From assembly GCF_036321535.1 (NCBI RefSeq), contig NC_087436.1:4712001-4776000 (forward strand): a DNA stretch of 64,000 nt, in the 5' to 3' direction. The translations under genes were made by a program, and so were the position numbers. Within the stretch, counting starts at the first letter, position 1, and the number at the start of each line of letters is the position of its first letter. Origin of the DNA: Camelus dromedarius. Lineage: Eukaryota. Of this stretch, positions 1 to 26,503 are shown piece by piece. A model generated the notes under the pieces. It saw only the letters and a list, made by a program, of their open reading frames with translations. It had not been told where the DNA came from and ran no database searches.

Positions 1-1589
1 TTGGTCTTTGTCAGTTTCATTTTCAGACCCAGCCAGGGACCCTCAGAGGGTCGAGGGACACGTTTTCCTCCCCGAGGACATTGTCCTGAGCGCTCACTGA
101 ACACGAAGCTGAAACCAGCCTCCACCAGGACAAACACATTTCTCAGCCCGGACACCAACGCAGGCGGCTAACACAGAGGGACTCCGTTGGTATAAGGTGT
201 TCGCTCCCTCAAATCAGATATAATTCAACTTAACCAAAAGCTTATAATTGCTGTTCTTTTTCGGTCTGTTTTTACAGAACTGATGATTACAATTCATCAG
301 GTTGGTTACACTCTGTCCACCAGTTTGAACAAATATCGAGATAATAATCTCTCACAGGAGCCAAAGTTAGTTTATTAATGGAAGGCAGGGTGACAGAGTA
401 GAAACAGCATGGTGCTGGCAATGGACCCGCTCAACCACTAACTGGGCGCGTAGCCAGGAGAGGTCGCTAAGGTTCGGCTTCTCCTTCCCCACGGTCAGTG
501 CAATGGTGTTTCATAAAGTCGTCCACGAATTAAACTAAGTAACGCGTCCGCTGCAGGGTGAACTCAATGCACGTTAACAATTACCGTTATGGATTAGCCC
601 ATGTTGTCAATTAGGAATCACTTGTACAAGGTTTTTTTTTTTTTGCTGTAAGATTGACAATAATTATAATTACAAGCATATGCTCCTAATTGTTGGATAG
701 AAAGATGTCTTCAATTTTCAAAGTCGTATACAGTCTTCAGTCTTTTTGTTTGTATGTTTGTTTGCTTGCTTTTTAGGGTCATTAAGAAAACCTATTTTTT
801 TAGTGATCAAATCCATCCTGTAATAATATCATTAAACCAAATTCATAGAACTCATAGGGTCTCTCTTGAGTAGGATGAGTAAGTAAGTACCTGCTCCTTG
901 GAGGATGTGAAATCTGCTCTCTGACGCAGAGAGAAAGCAAACACCTGTCAGAGGAATCTTGTAAGTAACAGAGGGTCCGAAGTCACAGGGAATCAGTTCC
1001 CTGTGGGCTGACAGCGCTGCGAGAAGACATCACGATAAAGGGAGGATGTCAGTCAGCCTTGAGAACAAAGGACTGCGTTCAGAGATGGTCCTTGTCATTT
1101 TGCACCATGTGATGACTTCCTGCGAAGCTGGGTGTTTTACTCGCTGCTGCAAAGGAAACGATGAACTCAGATTTTCCTTCCACGAACATGAGAGACTCCC
1201 ACTCCTCCAGCGAAGACCCCTGACCCACATGGTCCTCCTGCCTCTGGATGAAAACCCCGCTGCCCCATCACCCGTCCTGGAATGCTGTGTAATCACAGCA
1301 CGTCTCCTCCCTGTATTTCCTTTGTTTTACACGTTTGACACAGAAAAACTCTTCCACCAAAGATTTCCCAGGTGAGATGTCAAGACTCTGATGAGAGGAA
1401 AGCAGTATTTTGGATTTTCAGTACCCGATTCCCCAAATCAGTTCTATTTCATACTAATCCTTTGATATATTTCTGTGGCTTTTTAAAAAGACACTCCAGT
1501 CATCCAGCAAATTACAGGGTTTCAGGGGCTGTGTCAGGAGCTGGGGTCAAACACCAGATATTAGAACAAAAGCTGCTCTGAGTACTCTT

Positions 1590-1826
1590 TTTTTTTTTTT
1601 TTTTGATTTTTTGTTTGTTTGTTTGTTTTTGTTTTCATTTTTCTTTATTGAAGTACAGTCAGTTTCCAATGTGGCATCAATTTCTGGTGCACAGCATCAT
1701 GTACCAGTCAGACATATACACACCTAGATTCACTTCCATATTCTTTTTCGTTATAAGTTACTACAAGGTATTGAATCTAGTTCCCTGGGTCGTACAGTGG
1801 GTCCTTGTTGTTAATCCATTTTACCT
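1590..1826 (-). mobile_element. 5'-truncated L1 3' end with poly(A) tail
   Basis: Poly-T start plus L1 3'UTR sequence shared with other copies; TSD AGTACTCTT at 1581-1589 and 1827-1835. Confidence 0.8.
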
Positions 1827-3141
1827 AGTACTCTTGTCATTTAAGAATTACAAGGATGTCGAGAGCTCTGGGCAGAGACCAGCATATATTTTCTCCTATC
1901 TCACAGAACGTTGTTAAAGTCTAAGGGCTGGGAGTTCCAAGGCAGCTGGTGCAGGAGAAAAGGGAAACAGTGAGAGTCTTTGGTTTAAGTTTGGCTCTGT
2001 CAGCGGCCCGCATACGCATCCCCGGTTCTCAGGGGACTGACATGCATGAGACAGCCCCAGCAGTGTCTGGCTCAGAGAAGGCGTCACAAACGTCACATAC
2101 TTATGCTCTCTTTCCCCTTATGGAATTTTCTCCCTCCATGTGTGCAAATCATTTCCCAAATACTCGTCAGTTATTTGAGAATGAGCAATTCAATCTCGGA
2201 CACAGCAGCATTCAAAATGCACAGAAGACACTCAACTGCACCTGAACAACTTTTATTGAGACGGTGCCCAGTTGTTGACTTCATGACCTGCCTGTGTGCA
2301 AGTATGAGCTATAAATGGACAATCCACAGGGCCTGGGCTTCAGAATTTTAAAACAAAGCTCATTGACTTTCTTCATAGGTTATCCCTGTTCATCCCCACG
2401 TTTCTAAGCTACCAATAGGTTCCTTCTCTGCCAAATACTTAAGTTTTAAACTTTGTCTTTGACTCTGCTGAACAAAGCATTGTGGGAAGAGGAGGCTGGC
2501 TTTTGCCGAAACATCTGTTGCGTCCTTGTTTCCCTGGGGGGTGCTGGGTACAGAAGATTCCAGGAGGTGGACCACAGTACTTGCCTGCAGGAAATACAGC
2601 CTAGTGAGTGTGTCAGGCAGAAAACCCAGGGGTAACAAGCAAACGCAATGAGCCTAGGAGTTTGAATACAAAGTCTTGTTGACTCACTGGGGAGAAGGAA
2701 GACAGCACTCCACCTGGGGTTACTCCGGAAGGATGGAAAGAAGCCAGAAGTGCTAATTTGAAGAACCAGGAAGACGTCAGTGAGGAGAGGCCGGGAGATC
2801 ACACCAAGCACCGAGAGTTTGGGAGATTCCAGAATTTCGCCACCATGGTTCAGATTTATTAAGCGATACTTGGGCTGGAAGTGATGGAAATGATAACTGA
2901 AAATTACATAAACTGTTGTTCAAGGTGTGGAATCTTGGGTTCTCTGCAAATAAATTATTATGCAGATTTTGTTGAATGTTTAAAGATATAAGTTTATCCT
3001 GGAAGCATCAGAATTTGCTTCCCTCTTCCTTTTTAAAGAACAGAACAGACTTATTATCTATTTGAGCATTTTGCAAATTTTCCTCACTCACAAGCTGCCT
3101 TTAATAATATTTTATTACTATTAAGTATTACAGTAACAGTA

Positions 3142-3219
3142 GTAAGATGAACCATATGAAATTGCTGATATTCAACCATTCTGACTTACAAAGCAATAAT
3201 TTCGTATGATTCAGACTAT
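3142..3219. mobile_element. MADE2-like Mariner MITE (~80 bp)
   Basis: Imperfect terminal inverted repeats ATGAACCATATGAAATTG ... TAATTTCGTATGATTCAG. Confidence 0.7.
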
Positions 3220-3799
3220 TACATTTCTAACCTTTTTATCATTGATTTTAGATGATTGATTATGAAGGTGCTTTAAAAGTTATGTAACACATAAAAATTA
3301 TATACAGTATGTTTTTATACAATTCATACTATATAGATGATATTTAACAATTTCTCACTTATAAATACCATATTAATAAAAAAATTCTATTAAGTTATAT
3401 AATGAAACCCGTGATCTGGGGACATTTAAAATGACAATATATCGTGTTTGACCTAGGGCAGGAGTGCATATTAAAACATTTATTGGAGTTTCATGACAAA
3501 TTACACCACCGATAGTGGGCAAAAGTAACTTTTATAACCTTGTGTTTGAAATTGCTACAACTTACATTTAAAATATCAATGAAAATATTTCTATAAAGTT
3601 CATGCTTGTTAATAAATAAGAAAAGTAAAGGAGAAAATATGAACTTACCTGTAATCATTTCTCCACAAATACTGCATTCTGTGGACCTGGGTTAAAAAAT
3701 TTCCCCTGGTCCTTGGCTCCTTCCTGATACTTCTGCTGTGTGAGCCTTGACAGCTCTTTACCTACAAAATGGGTTACTCTGACCTCTTAGCACAGAGAG

Positions 3800-6700
3800 A
3801 CTAAAAATATTGGGTATATGAGTAAATATGTATATTTTATGTCTTATTAAAAGGTTGTACTATAAAGTAACATATATTTCTAAAAATTATAAAATGTTTT
3901 ATAAGTTCACCAAGTCACGTAACAATACAATTCACAATTGTTTACTTCTTTATTTCTACTAAAAAGTAGGATTTCAAAGTATTAAGAATTCTAATTAACA
4001 TATGTAATTAAAACTCCTAAAATTAAAAAATAAAACATCTTTTTATGCAAAGAAGTTTTTTTAAAAAGTTATAAAGAATGGAAATGCAGTTTATTAAGGG
4101 AAATAAAGTGATTTTGACCTAAAACTGATTATTTCTAAATAAGCAAGAAAACAAGGGACAAATAAAATGGACGTAGAAAGTTGTAAAAGGTTTGGGGAAA
4201 AAGGAATCTTTAGAAAGGAATTTTATGTTGGCCAATCTGGATAAAATTGGAATAATTTTAATTTAGTAAATGAATTTTAATATCAAGAGTAATCTGGTGC
4301 AAAATTAAAATTTGTTTTTCTCTGTGAAAAGAAAGTTTTCTTAGATAATTGGTCTGGTCTTAATGCGAAATTGTAAACAAAGGTTTTCTTTACCTTTAAT
4401 GCAATCTGTCTAGAAAAACAAAGGTTTTTACAACTAAGAAAGCTTCTATATTTGCCTAGGAAGTCTTAATTGTTCTGTTGGTTAAACGGATAGGTAAGCA
4501 ATGCTTCACAGTGACCTATGATCTTATTTTACCAAGTGTTTTAAACATTTTTGATATTTTTGACAAACTTCCCCAAATCAAATTCTACTGTCTTTGACTC
4601 AGAACTAACTTTGAGATATGTTTCAGAGGGCCTCTGAAATATCTCAAAGATTTGCTCTCTCTACTTATGAAAAGGAGACGTTATCTAGGTTTATTTGCTA
4701 CCTTAAATTACACGGGCATAATGATCAAATAAGAAGTAGTACTACGCCTTCTCTAGGTGTACACGTGTTTCAGAAATTGTGAAATTCCTAGAAATCTGGT
4801 ATGTTCTGGTAAAACTGTTATCAGTCTTCATTCTATTTATTATCTCCAAATGTTGTATATCACAGAAATAATAGCCCAGTTTCCTTTGTCAATTGCATTG
4901 TACTCAGCTCTTTAACGATGTTATTTTAAGTCTTTTGTCACTTATAGTCAGTTTTGGGTTTACGCTGATTCTTTTACAAATATGTTTCATCTTCAAAGAG
5001 ATTCATGGAAAGGACTCTGGTACTTACTTTAGAGTACAGTTTTCTGATACACTTTCAGATCATACCATTGAACTGGGTAAGAATCTACAGAACTCTAACG
5101 AAGAAACAGATGGCTTAATATAACTGCTAACAAAAGCTAAAGATCAAGAATGAATTCCATAGGACTGAATGGACTGATGAGGATGATTATAATATTTATG
5201 AATTTTCATTGTAAACCTTGCCAGTCCATTTGTGTTTTGCTTTTCCAGATTTAAGGAAATCCCTCAAGCTTTCTGTGACTTGCAGCAATTTGATAAAGTA
5301 TACCTTTGTAAACAAAGATGACACGTTTATCTTTTTCTCCCTACCTGATCCCTTCAGAATTCAGAAACTCTTAGTGATCATTCTTATTTTCATGGCAATA
5401 TAGCTATTTGCATAAGTTCAATAAAAATCTGTTCTCCTTATATCACAACACAACTAGAAATATTATATTAGCGAGGCTTTGACTGCAGTGTCATATTTGA
5501 AAGAGACACGCATAGACTCAGATATGACCAGACAGCTTTAAGGAGCTAAGATCGACTTTATGGAGCCAGTAGAGACTCTTGGAAATATCCACCTGCTACT
5601 TTCCTAGCAGCCTAACTAAGTAAGAAAGGTAACTTCCTAGTAGGTGCAGAAAACTCAAGATATTTTGGGGACCTCAAGAAAAGAGATCACCCAGATCTGT
5701 AGGCATTACAGGTGAAGTCTGATGGAAAGAACTTGAGTTGTCTTCCCAGCCCTGAGAGGGCTCTAAAATTTCAATCTGAGATTCCTTATGAAAAGTTCCA
5801 GCAAAGCAGATTTTAAAAAGCCTATATGGTCAATCATTATTGTTGTTATACATACGTAAATAATCAGGCCAAGCTTTTCTAAGCCAGACTTACTTTGCAA
5901 AAAAAATTAGCCTTAATCTGACTATATTTCGTAGAAATGAGGATGATTTGAGAGAGAAAAAGTATGTTTCAGTAATATACCTTTGTGAGTATTACTTGCT
6001 ATTATTCTTAATTGTCTTTGAGGTTTTGTTGCTCACCTGTAAACTGGACTAGATCCTGATTCTTCTAGTTTCCTCCAATATCTGGCTATAATTCTCCAAA
6101 CCAACCTTTTTTTTTTTTTACATTTTTTTAATTGAGTTATAGTCATTTTACAATGTGTCAAATTCCAGTGTAGAGCACAATTTTTCAGTTATACATGAAC
6201 ATACATATATTCATTGTCACATTTTGTTTTTGCTGTGAGCCACCACCAGATCTTGTATATATTTCCCTGTGCTATACAGTATAATCTTGTTTATCTATTC
6301 TGCTGTCCCTTCCCAATGCCCGCCCCCTTGGCAACCACAAGTTTGTATTCCATGTCTATGAGTCTGCTTTTGTTTTGTATTTATGTTCTTTTTTTTTTTT
6401 TTTTTTCAGATTCCACATATGAGCGATCTTGTATGGTATTTTTCTTTCTCTTTCTGGCTTACTTCACTTAGAATGACACTCTCCAGGGACATCCATGTTG
6501 CTGCAAATGGCATGTTGTTGTTGTTTTATGGCTGAATAGTATTCTATTGTATAAATATACCACATCAAAGTAACATTTTAAGTTTCTCTCTGTTTTTTTG
6601 TAAACTTGGAATCTCTAAGAACTAAAACTGCCATTTTCCCAAAGCCATGCAAACTAAAATTGGGCAATGTGATATAAACTTCAGAGAAATCACCATAACA

Positions 6701-7270
6701 TCTCATGTACAGACAACCTTCCTGCCTCTTGTTGTCTGAGCCCCTCAGAAAGTTTACCTAAACACCCAACGATATCATCAGAGACATTGCAAGAGATGCT
6801 TTGACCCTGACATCTAGAAATCTTCATCCAGCTCCCCTCTTGGTACCTAATTGTGCTCAATTACAACTAGTTATACTAATCATTGTTCTATTTTATTGTC
6901 TCTTTGTTGTTTTTAAACTGTTTGTGCTTTGTATCTTTTGCTGTTGTATCATGATGCCCTCCACAGGAGTAATGGTAGTTTGGGGTCTGGAGGTGGCTAA
7001 CCGCTCCTGTAAGATTCCCCCTGATGAAGCATTGTGCCTTTTGAACACCACCTGAGACTCACTTCCTACGTGGCTCCTTGCTGCTCAGTTGTGGGCATAA
7101 ACTCTCTGAAGGCGTCCCTCTCGCACAACCACTTCCTTCCTCCTCCGTGGGACATGACTCTCTGGAAATGAGCCTTCCCAGTGCCAAGGGAGTTGGTACC
7201 AATGACAAATAACCAAATGGTTGATCATCAGTGCTTTGTAATGAAAGACCTTGATCAAAAGAAGGAAATA
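3800..7270 (+). mobile_element. Degenerate non-coding ERV1 (MER4-group-like) internal region; left boundary approximate
   Basis: AT-rich ERV-internal-like sequence ending in polypurine tract TTGATCAAAAGAAGGAAA just before an LTR; interrupted by an L1 fragment; no gag/pol/env ORF seen. Confidence 0.55.
6107..6566 (-). mobile_element. L1 3' end inserted in the ERV internal region
   Basis: Poly-T plus L1 3'UTR/ORF2 end (CATCCATGTTGCTGCAAATGGC...GGCTGAATAGTATTCTATTG). Confidence 0.8.
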
Positions 7271-7742
7271 TGGAGGGGAAATCAAAACGGAGCTGGTATT
7301 GCTAAGAGAGAGCTCTAAAACGGAGCCCGGAAGCCATCAAGGAAGTGTGAATTATGCACATTAGCCTGGATGGGATCTGACCTTTTGACCACTTATTGTC
7401 CTAAGGAAGGCATCCAGAACATCTGCCAGAAACTCAAGATAATTATCAGACACTTACCCTAAAATACCTTGTGACGGTCTGTCTTCTTATCTGGTCCCTG
7501 CCCTGAAACAACTCGTGATTCCTTAAGAACAAGCATTTCCTGACTCAAGTCAGAGTCAGTCACCTTCTCACCAGGAAACGTTAACAACTTCAAGGCTTTT
7601 TAGTTTTATAAGCCCTTGATACTTCCTCCTTCCCAGGACACTCTCAGTTTTACCCAAACCTATGTCTCCCAGATTGCAGTCCTTAAGACCCCAAATAAAC
7701 TCTTTTCTCAATTACAGCCTTGTGCATTGTTTTTGGTAGACA
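7271..7742 (+). mobile_element. ERV 3' LTR (~470 bp)
   Basis: Starts TG after the PPT and ends ...GGTAGACA; TATA-like TTTTATAA near 7604; AATAAA at 7694-7699. Confidence 0.65.
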
Positions 7743-8204
7743 CTAGTTACCTTAAACCCACACAGAGGAAAGAAACAAACCCTTAATTGATCCATAATTA
7801 GCAACATGAGTACCCCTTCCCTTGAAGTCAGCGTCTTTTCTTGGGTCCGGCCATGATAATTACAACTGAGCAAACATTACTTGTTGACGGCTGTTCCAGT
7901 CTTATCAAAAAGACTTTGCAAAGCTCCTGGTTGTATGACAAGTTTAAATGCCAGCTAAGGTGTTTATTCCCATCTATGGGAGTGAAGCAAAACATCATCA
8001 ACAACAAAACAGCAACAAATTACTACTTTATACAACAAATGGCAACTCATCACATCAAATAAATGAAGGAAAATGGATTATTGAATGGCTGCTGTGTTTG
8101 GAGAACTTCCTTTGCTTGGAAAGGAAGAATATTTTGGAAAACAAAAAAGTAACTATTTAGCTCCTAAATGTTTTACATCTCATGGTGAACAAGAGCTCGA
8201 TATA

Positions 8205-8620
8205 TTATTTTGACTTTCTCCAAAGCAGATCCTGAGACAAGGGTTTAAGCAGAGGGAACTTATTTGGGAAATAAGGAGGAAACAGTGAGGAGGTAGCGAG
8301 TGTGAGTCAGGAAGGGAAGGGGGAAAAGCCAAAATCGGACTCGTTGTCGAGATCAATGCTGTAGACAACTGGGGATTCCTCCTGGAGATTTCGAGAAGGG
8401 TGCAGGGTGCCTTCAGGATTATCTTCTGAAAAATAGGATGCTGGGCCATTTATCCATGAGAACTCCCCTCTTGGGTTCGTGTTTCTGTGTCTGCCACAGT
8501 CTTTCACTGTTGAGTAAGAACAACTGGGTTGCAGGGTAGGGTGGGGGACTGCAGCAGTTCCGAGCTTTGAGGGTTATGTGAAGGGGGGAATGGAACGTTC
8601 CACAACAGATTACAGGTGCT
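8205..8620 (-). mobile_element. Old ERVL-class LTR (LTR33/LTR16-like); boundaries approximate
   Basis: AAGCAGATCCTGAGACAAGGG...TTATTTGGGA motif typical of reverse-strand ERVL LTR ends (recognised from memory). Confidence 0.4.
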
Positions 8621-9250
8621 TCTGTTAGAAATCAACACTGCAATGGCTAAAAGAACGAAGTAAATTCCTGTTGCTTTGTAAATCGAGCCCACCCCCACTG
8701 CTTGCTAATTCTCTTTTCTTGTTCTATCTCATGGGTTCACTTCTCTATCTCCTAGTCTTAGAAATCACAAAGTAAGAGCTAGAAACATAGGTTTTTATTT
8801 GAAAAAAATCTTAATTTATTTTGGATGTTCTTTTAATACTCTTTTATGACACATCTGAGGGAAAAAAAAGGTCATTGTGTCTCCCAGGTTTTCAGTGTCT
8901 TTACTTCTAAAACAGATTAGATGTTTTCTAGGGTTTCTTTCAGAATTGGGCATGATTTGTGCCTTCTAAGCACGCTCATCCACCAGCTCTGCCTGCCGGG
9001 TATTCCTTCTGTAATCTGCGTGTACGCAGAGTTGTGTGCGTAAAGAGACATAATGACTTTACAGGATTACCACCAGCCATGCATGTACCCATACATTCTC
9101 CCCTTTTTACCTTCTGTAGTGCCCGAGGTTCTCACCCTGAGCTTTGATTCTTTGAGTTTAAGTTTACTTCTAGAAGGTCCATATAACATACCTAGTAGCT
9201 AAAATATATTGGGAGCAGTAAACACTATATTGGTTAAATAAATTTTCAAT

Positions 9251-9447
9251 CTGTTTTTACTGTATAGCACAGGGAAATATATTCAAGATCTTGTAGTAGC
9301 TCATGGTGAAAAAGAATATGAAAACAAATATATGTATATTTATGTATGACTGAGGAATGGTGCTGTACACCAGAAATTGACACAACATTGTAAACTGACT
9401 GTAACTCAATTTAAAATAAAGAAATTTTAAATTTGATAATGAAGAAG
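9251..9447 (+). mobile_element. 5'-truncated L1 3' end
   Basis: CTGTATAGCACAGGGAAATATATTCAA... plus A-rich tail; TSD AAATTTTCAAT at 9240-9250 and 9448-9458. Confidence 0.8.
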
Positions 9448-10999
9448 AAATTTTCAATATGAGGGGAATATCCGATTGACAAATTGGTGCCCAAGAGGCA
9501 ACATGTAAGCATCAGCAAGATACTGACCAGACTATCACCAGTCATACATTTCATAATACTTTCTATCGCAAAAATTCATGGGAATACATGTGTTTGAGGG
9601 GTTGCGATTGTTACTTATTGTCCTGGCTGAAGGAACCAAATTTTTCCTCATTAACTTATAATTTCCCTGATGCTCTGAATTCAAACCTTTGAGTAATCAG
9701 TTCCGGTGTTGCTCAGGCAAGCCAAGGAATTGACAGTACTTAGGAGATCCAAGTGGAATGCTGTTAAAAAGAAAAGAAAGAAAATCTTTTTGCTTCTTAA
9801 AATATTTAATTTTTCTAATTCACAGTCAAAAAACATTTCTTTATTTCTTCCACTAGTATGTGGACCATTAAGTGAAGAACAATTCTCACTTGAAAGACTT
9901 AATGAGAATAGAATAAAGTATTTAGCTTTATTCTTGTAAACACATATGCCCAATTGAATAACCAAGTGGAGAAGGAGAAGCTATTAAATATTTGCTCTTT
10001 CTTAAGGCTCTGGGCCAGGGCACTGCTTCTGCTGCTGACAAACCCCTGTCCTGGGTAGAAGCAACTGCCAGAGGGATCTGTAAAGACCCAAAAGGAATAT
10101 GAGGGATCTAGGATGTGGTTTAGACGATTTCCTAGGCTTCTTGCGACATTTGCACGTTGTTTCTCCTGCTGCAAGACTGCATGTACACTACAACTTATTG
10201 TAGAATCATAAAAATCAGAATTGTAGGTTGGATCAAGATTTTCGAAATTACAGTCCATCTTGAACACGTTCATTTCTTTTGATGGAGAAGTCTATTTGTA
10301 TAGAAGTTAAATTAATTTCCCACATGCCACAACTAGCCAGTGGTAGAGTCAAGACTTGAAATGAAGCTTCTGACTTCTAATGACTTCGGTAAATTAGACA
10401 CAGCTCAACAACTTTGGAGCGTGAAGTATGCAGAAGTGCCGTCTCCCCGGTGGGTCCTAACGCATCACAGGGTGGACCCCAAGACGAGGGGTGGCGCCTC
10501 TGTCCTGGCCGCCTGGTCCTCAAAGCAACAGGTTAGAACTTAGACCAATGAATAATGCTTTCTGGGAAGACTATGTTAGCACTGACATTGTTTGGAACTG
10601 TGGGCATATTATTATTGCTTTCAAATTATCTGCAGACAAAGTAGGATGCCTCCCACTGCCCTGTGAGCAGTACGCCACAGGGGGCCAGTAAATTGTTCAT
10701 GTCCGTGGAAGTTCCAATGCAACAATTAACTGCCACTAATTATTAGATGAAACTTAGGCCAGAAGAACTGGGAGGATGGGACGGAAATGGGGTTTAAGCA
10801 CAAATCCTGCCTGTCATATAATGAATTTCTTTCCGCAGAGACATTCAAGTTCAATGATTGCCTTTGGAGTCATAAGAATATCCAAATCTGAGATGGAGAG
10901 AATAATTATTTATTTTTTACAAGCTCATCCTCTTATATATGCTAACATTTTGCTACAGGTGTTCTTGGAATAGAATAGTTGACATTTTTTCTATTGATT

Positions 11000-11278
11000 T
11001 AGTTAATGTTTGTTACTTTGCATTTGAAAGCAGAACTTGGCAAGTCAAATATTCAGTTTTGGCTCACGTTTTTAGCAAACAGACTGTCCCAAACACAAAT
11101 GTGCTCTAAGGTTTACCGAAGTTCAGCCTCTATACCATTTGCAAATGGGCTAAGAGACACAGAAGGATGATTGGCTGGGGCGGGGTCTGCAGGTGCATAA
11201 AAGGCAGCTGAGAACATCTGGGAAGGTCAGTGCTGTCACAGTGTCAGAGCTCAGGGCTCCTCCGACTGCGCTGTCACC
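11000..11278 (+). promoter_or_regulatory. TDO2 proximal promoter / 5' UTR
   Basis: TATA-like CATAAAA 11196-11202; GC box GGGGCGGGG 11177-11185; inverted CCAAT (ATTGG) 11170-11174; forkhead-like GTCAAATA 11044-11051 and GCAAACA 11075-11081; directly upstream of the ATG. Confidence 0.7.
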
Positions 11279-26085
<14,807 letters not shown>

Positions 26086-26447
26086 AACCACCTGCAGAAA
26101 TCTATGAAGAACACCGATTTCTCAGTCTGTGGTTTTTTCATTTTCTATGAATTTTCATGAATATAGAGTCCTAATGTGATATATGTACATACATAGTTGA
26201 GCACTGTGGTGCTCTGATTCAATCCTAGGAATAATTTTATTGCCTAGGATTTGAAGGGAGGATATGAGACTAAGCATTAAGATAAGAAATTAACCCAGTT
26301 AAATTGTAACTTATACATAGAGTGTTTCCCTATTAAAAACTTAATGTCTCGGATACACACTTTAATGTAACCATTTAATGTAATTATCATCTCATTGTTT
26401 CATACTTTATAAGCTTGTAAACTTCAGCTATTTCAAATATTTTATGC

Positions 26448-26503
26448 AATAAAATGTGCATCCTGTACAGAGGCTTATTCAATTAACAGTTTTAAATAAT
26501 AAA
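26448..26503 (+). terminator. TDO2 polyadenylation signals (two AATAAA)
   Basis: AATAAA at 26448-26453 and 26498-26503, about 360-420 nt after the stop, followed by T/GT-rich sequence. Confidence 0.7.

Noticed and set aside
1..80. Possible 3' end of an LTR at the window edge
   Set aside because: Too short and truncated to support a call.
10951..10965. Full glucocorticoid response element
   Set aside because: Only the TGTTCT half-site matches; the other half is mis-spaced or degenerate.
1..11000. ASIC5 coding exons expected from human synteny
   Set aside because: No ASIC/ENaC-like translation recognised; the gene probably lies outside the window.
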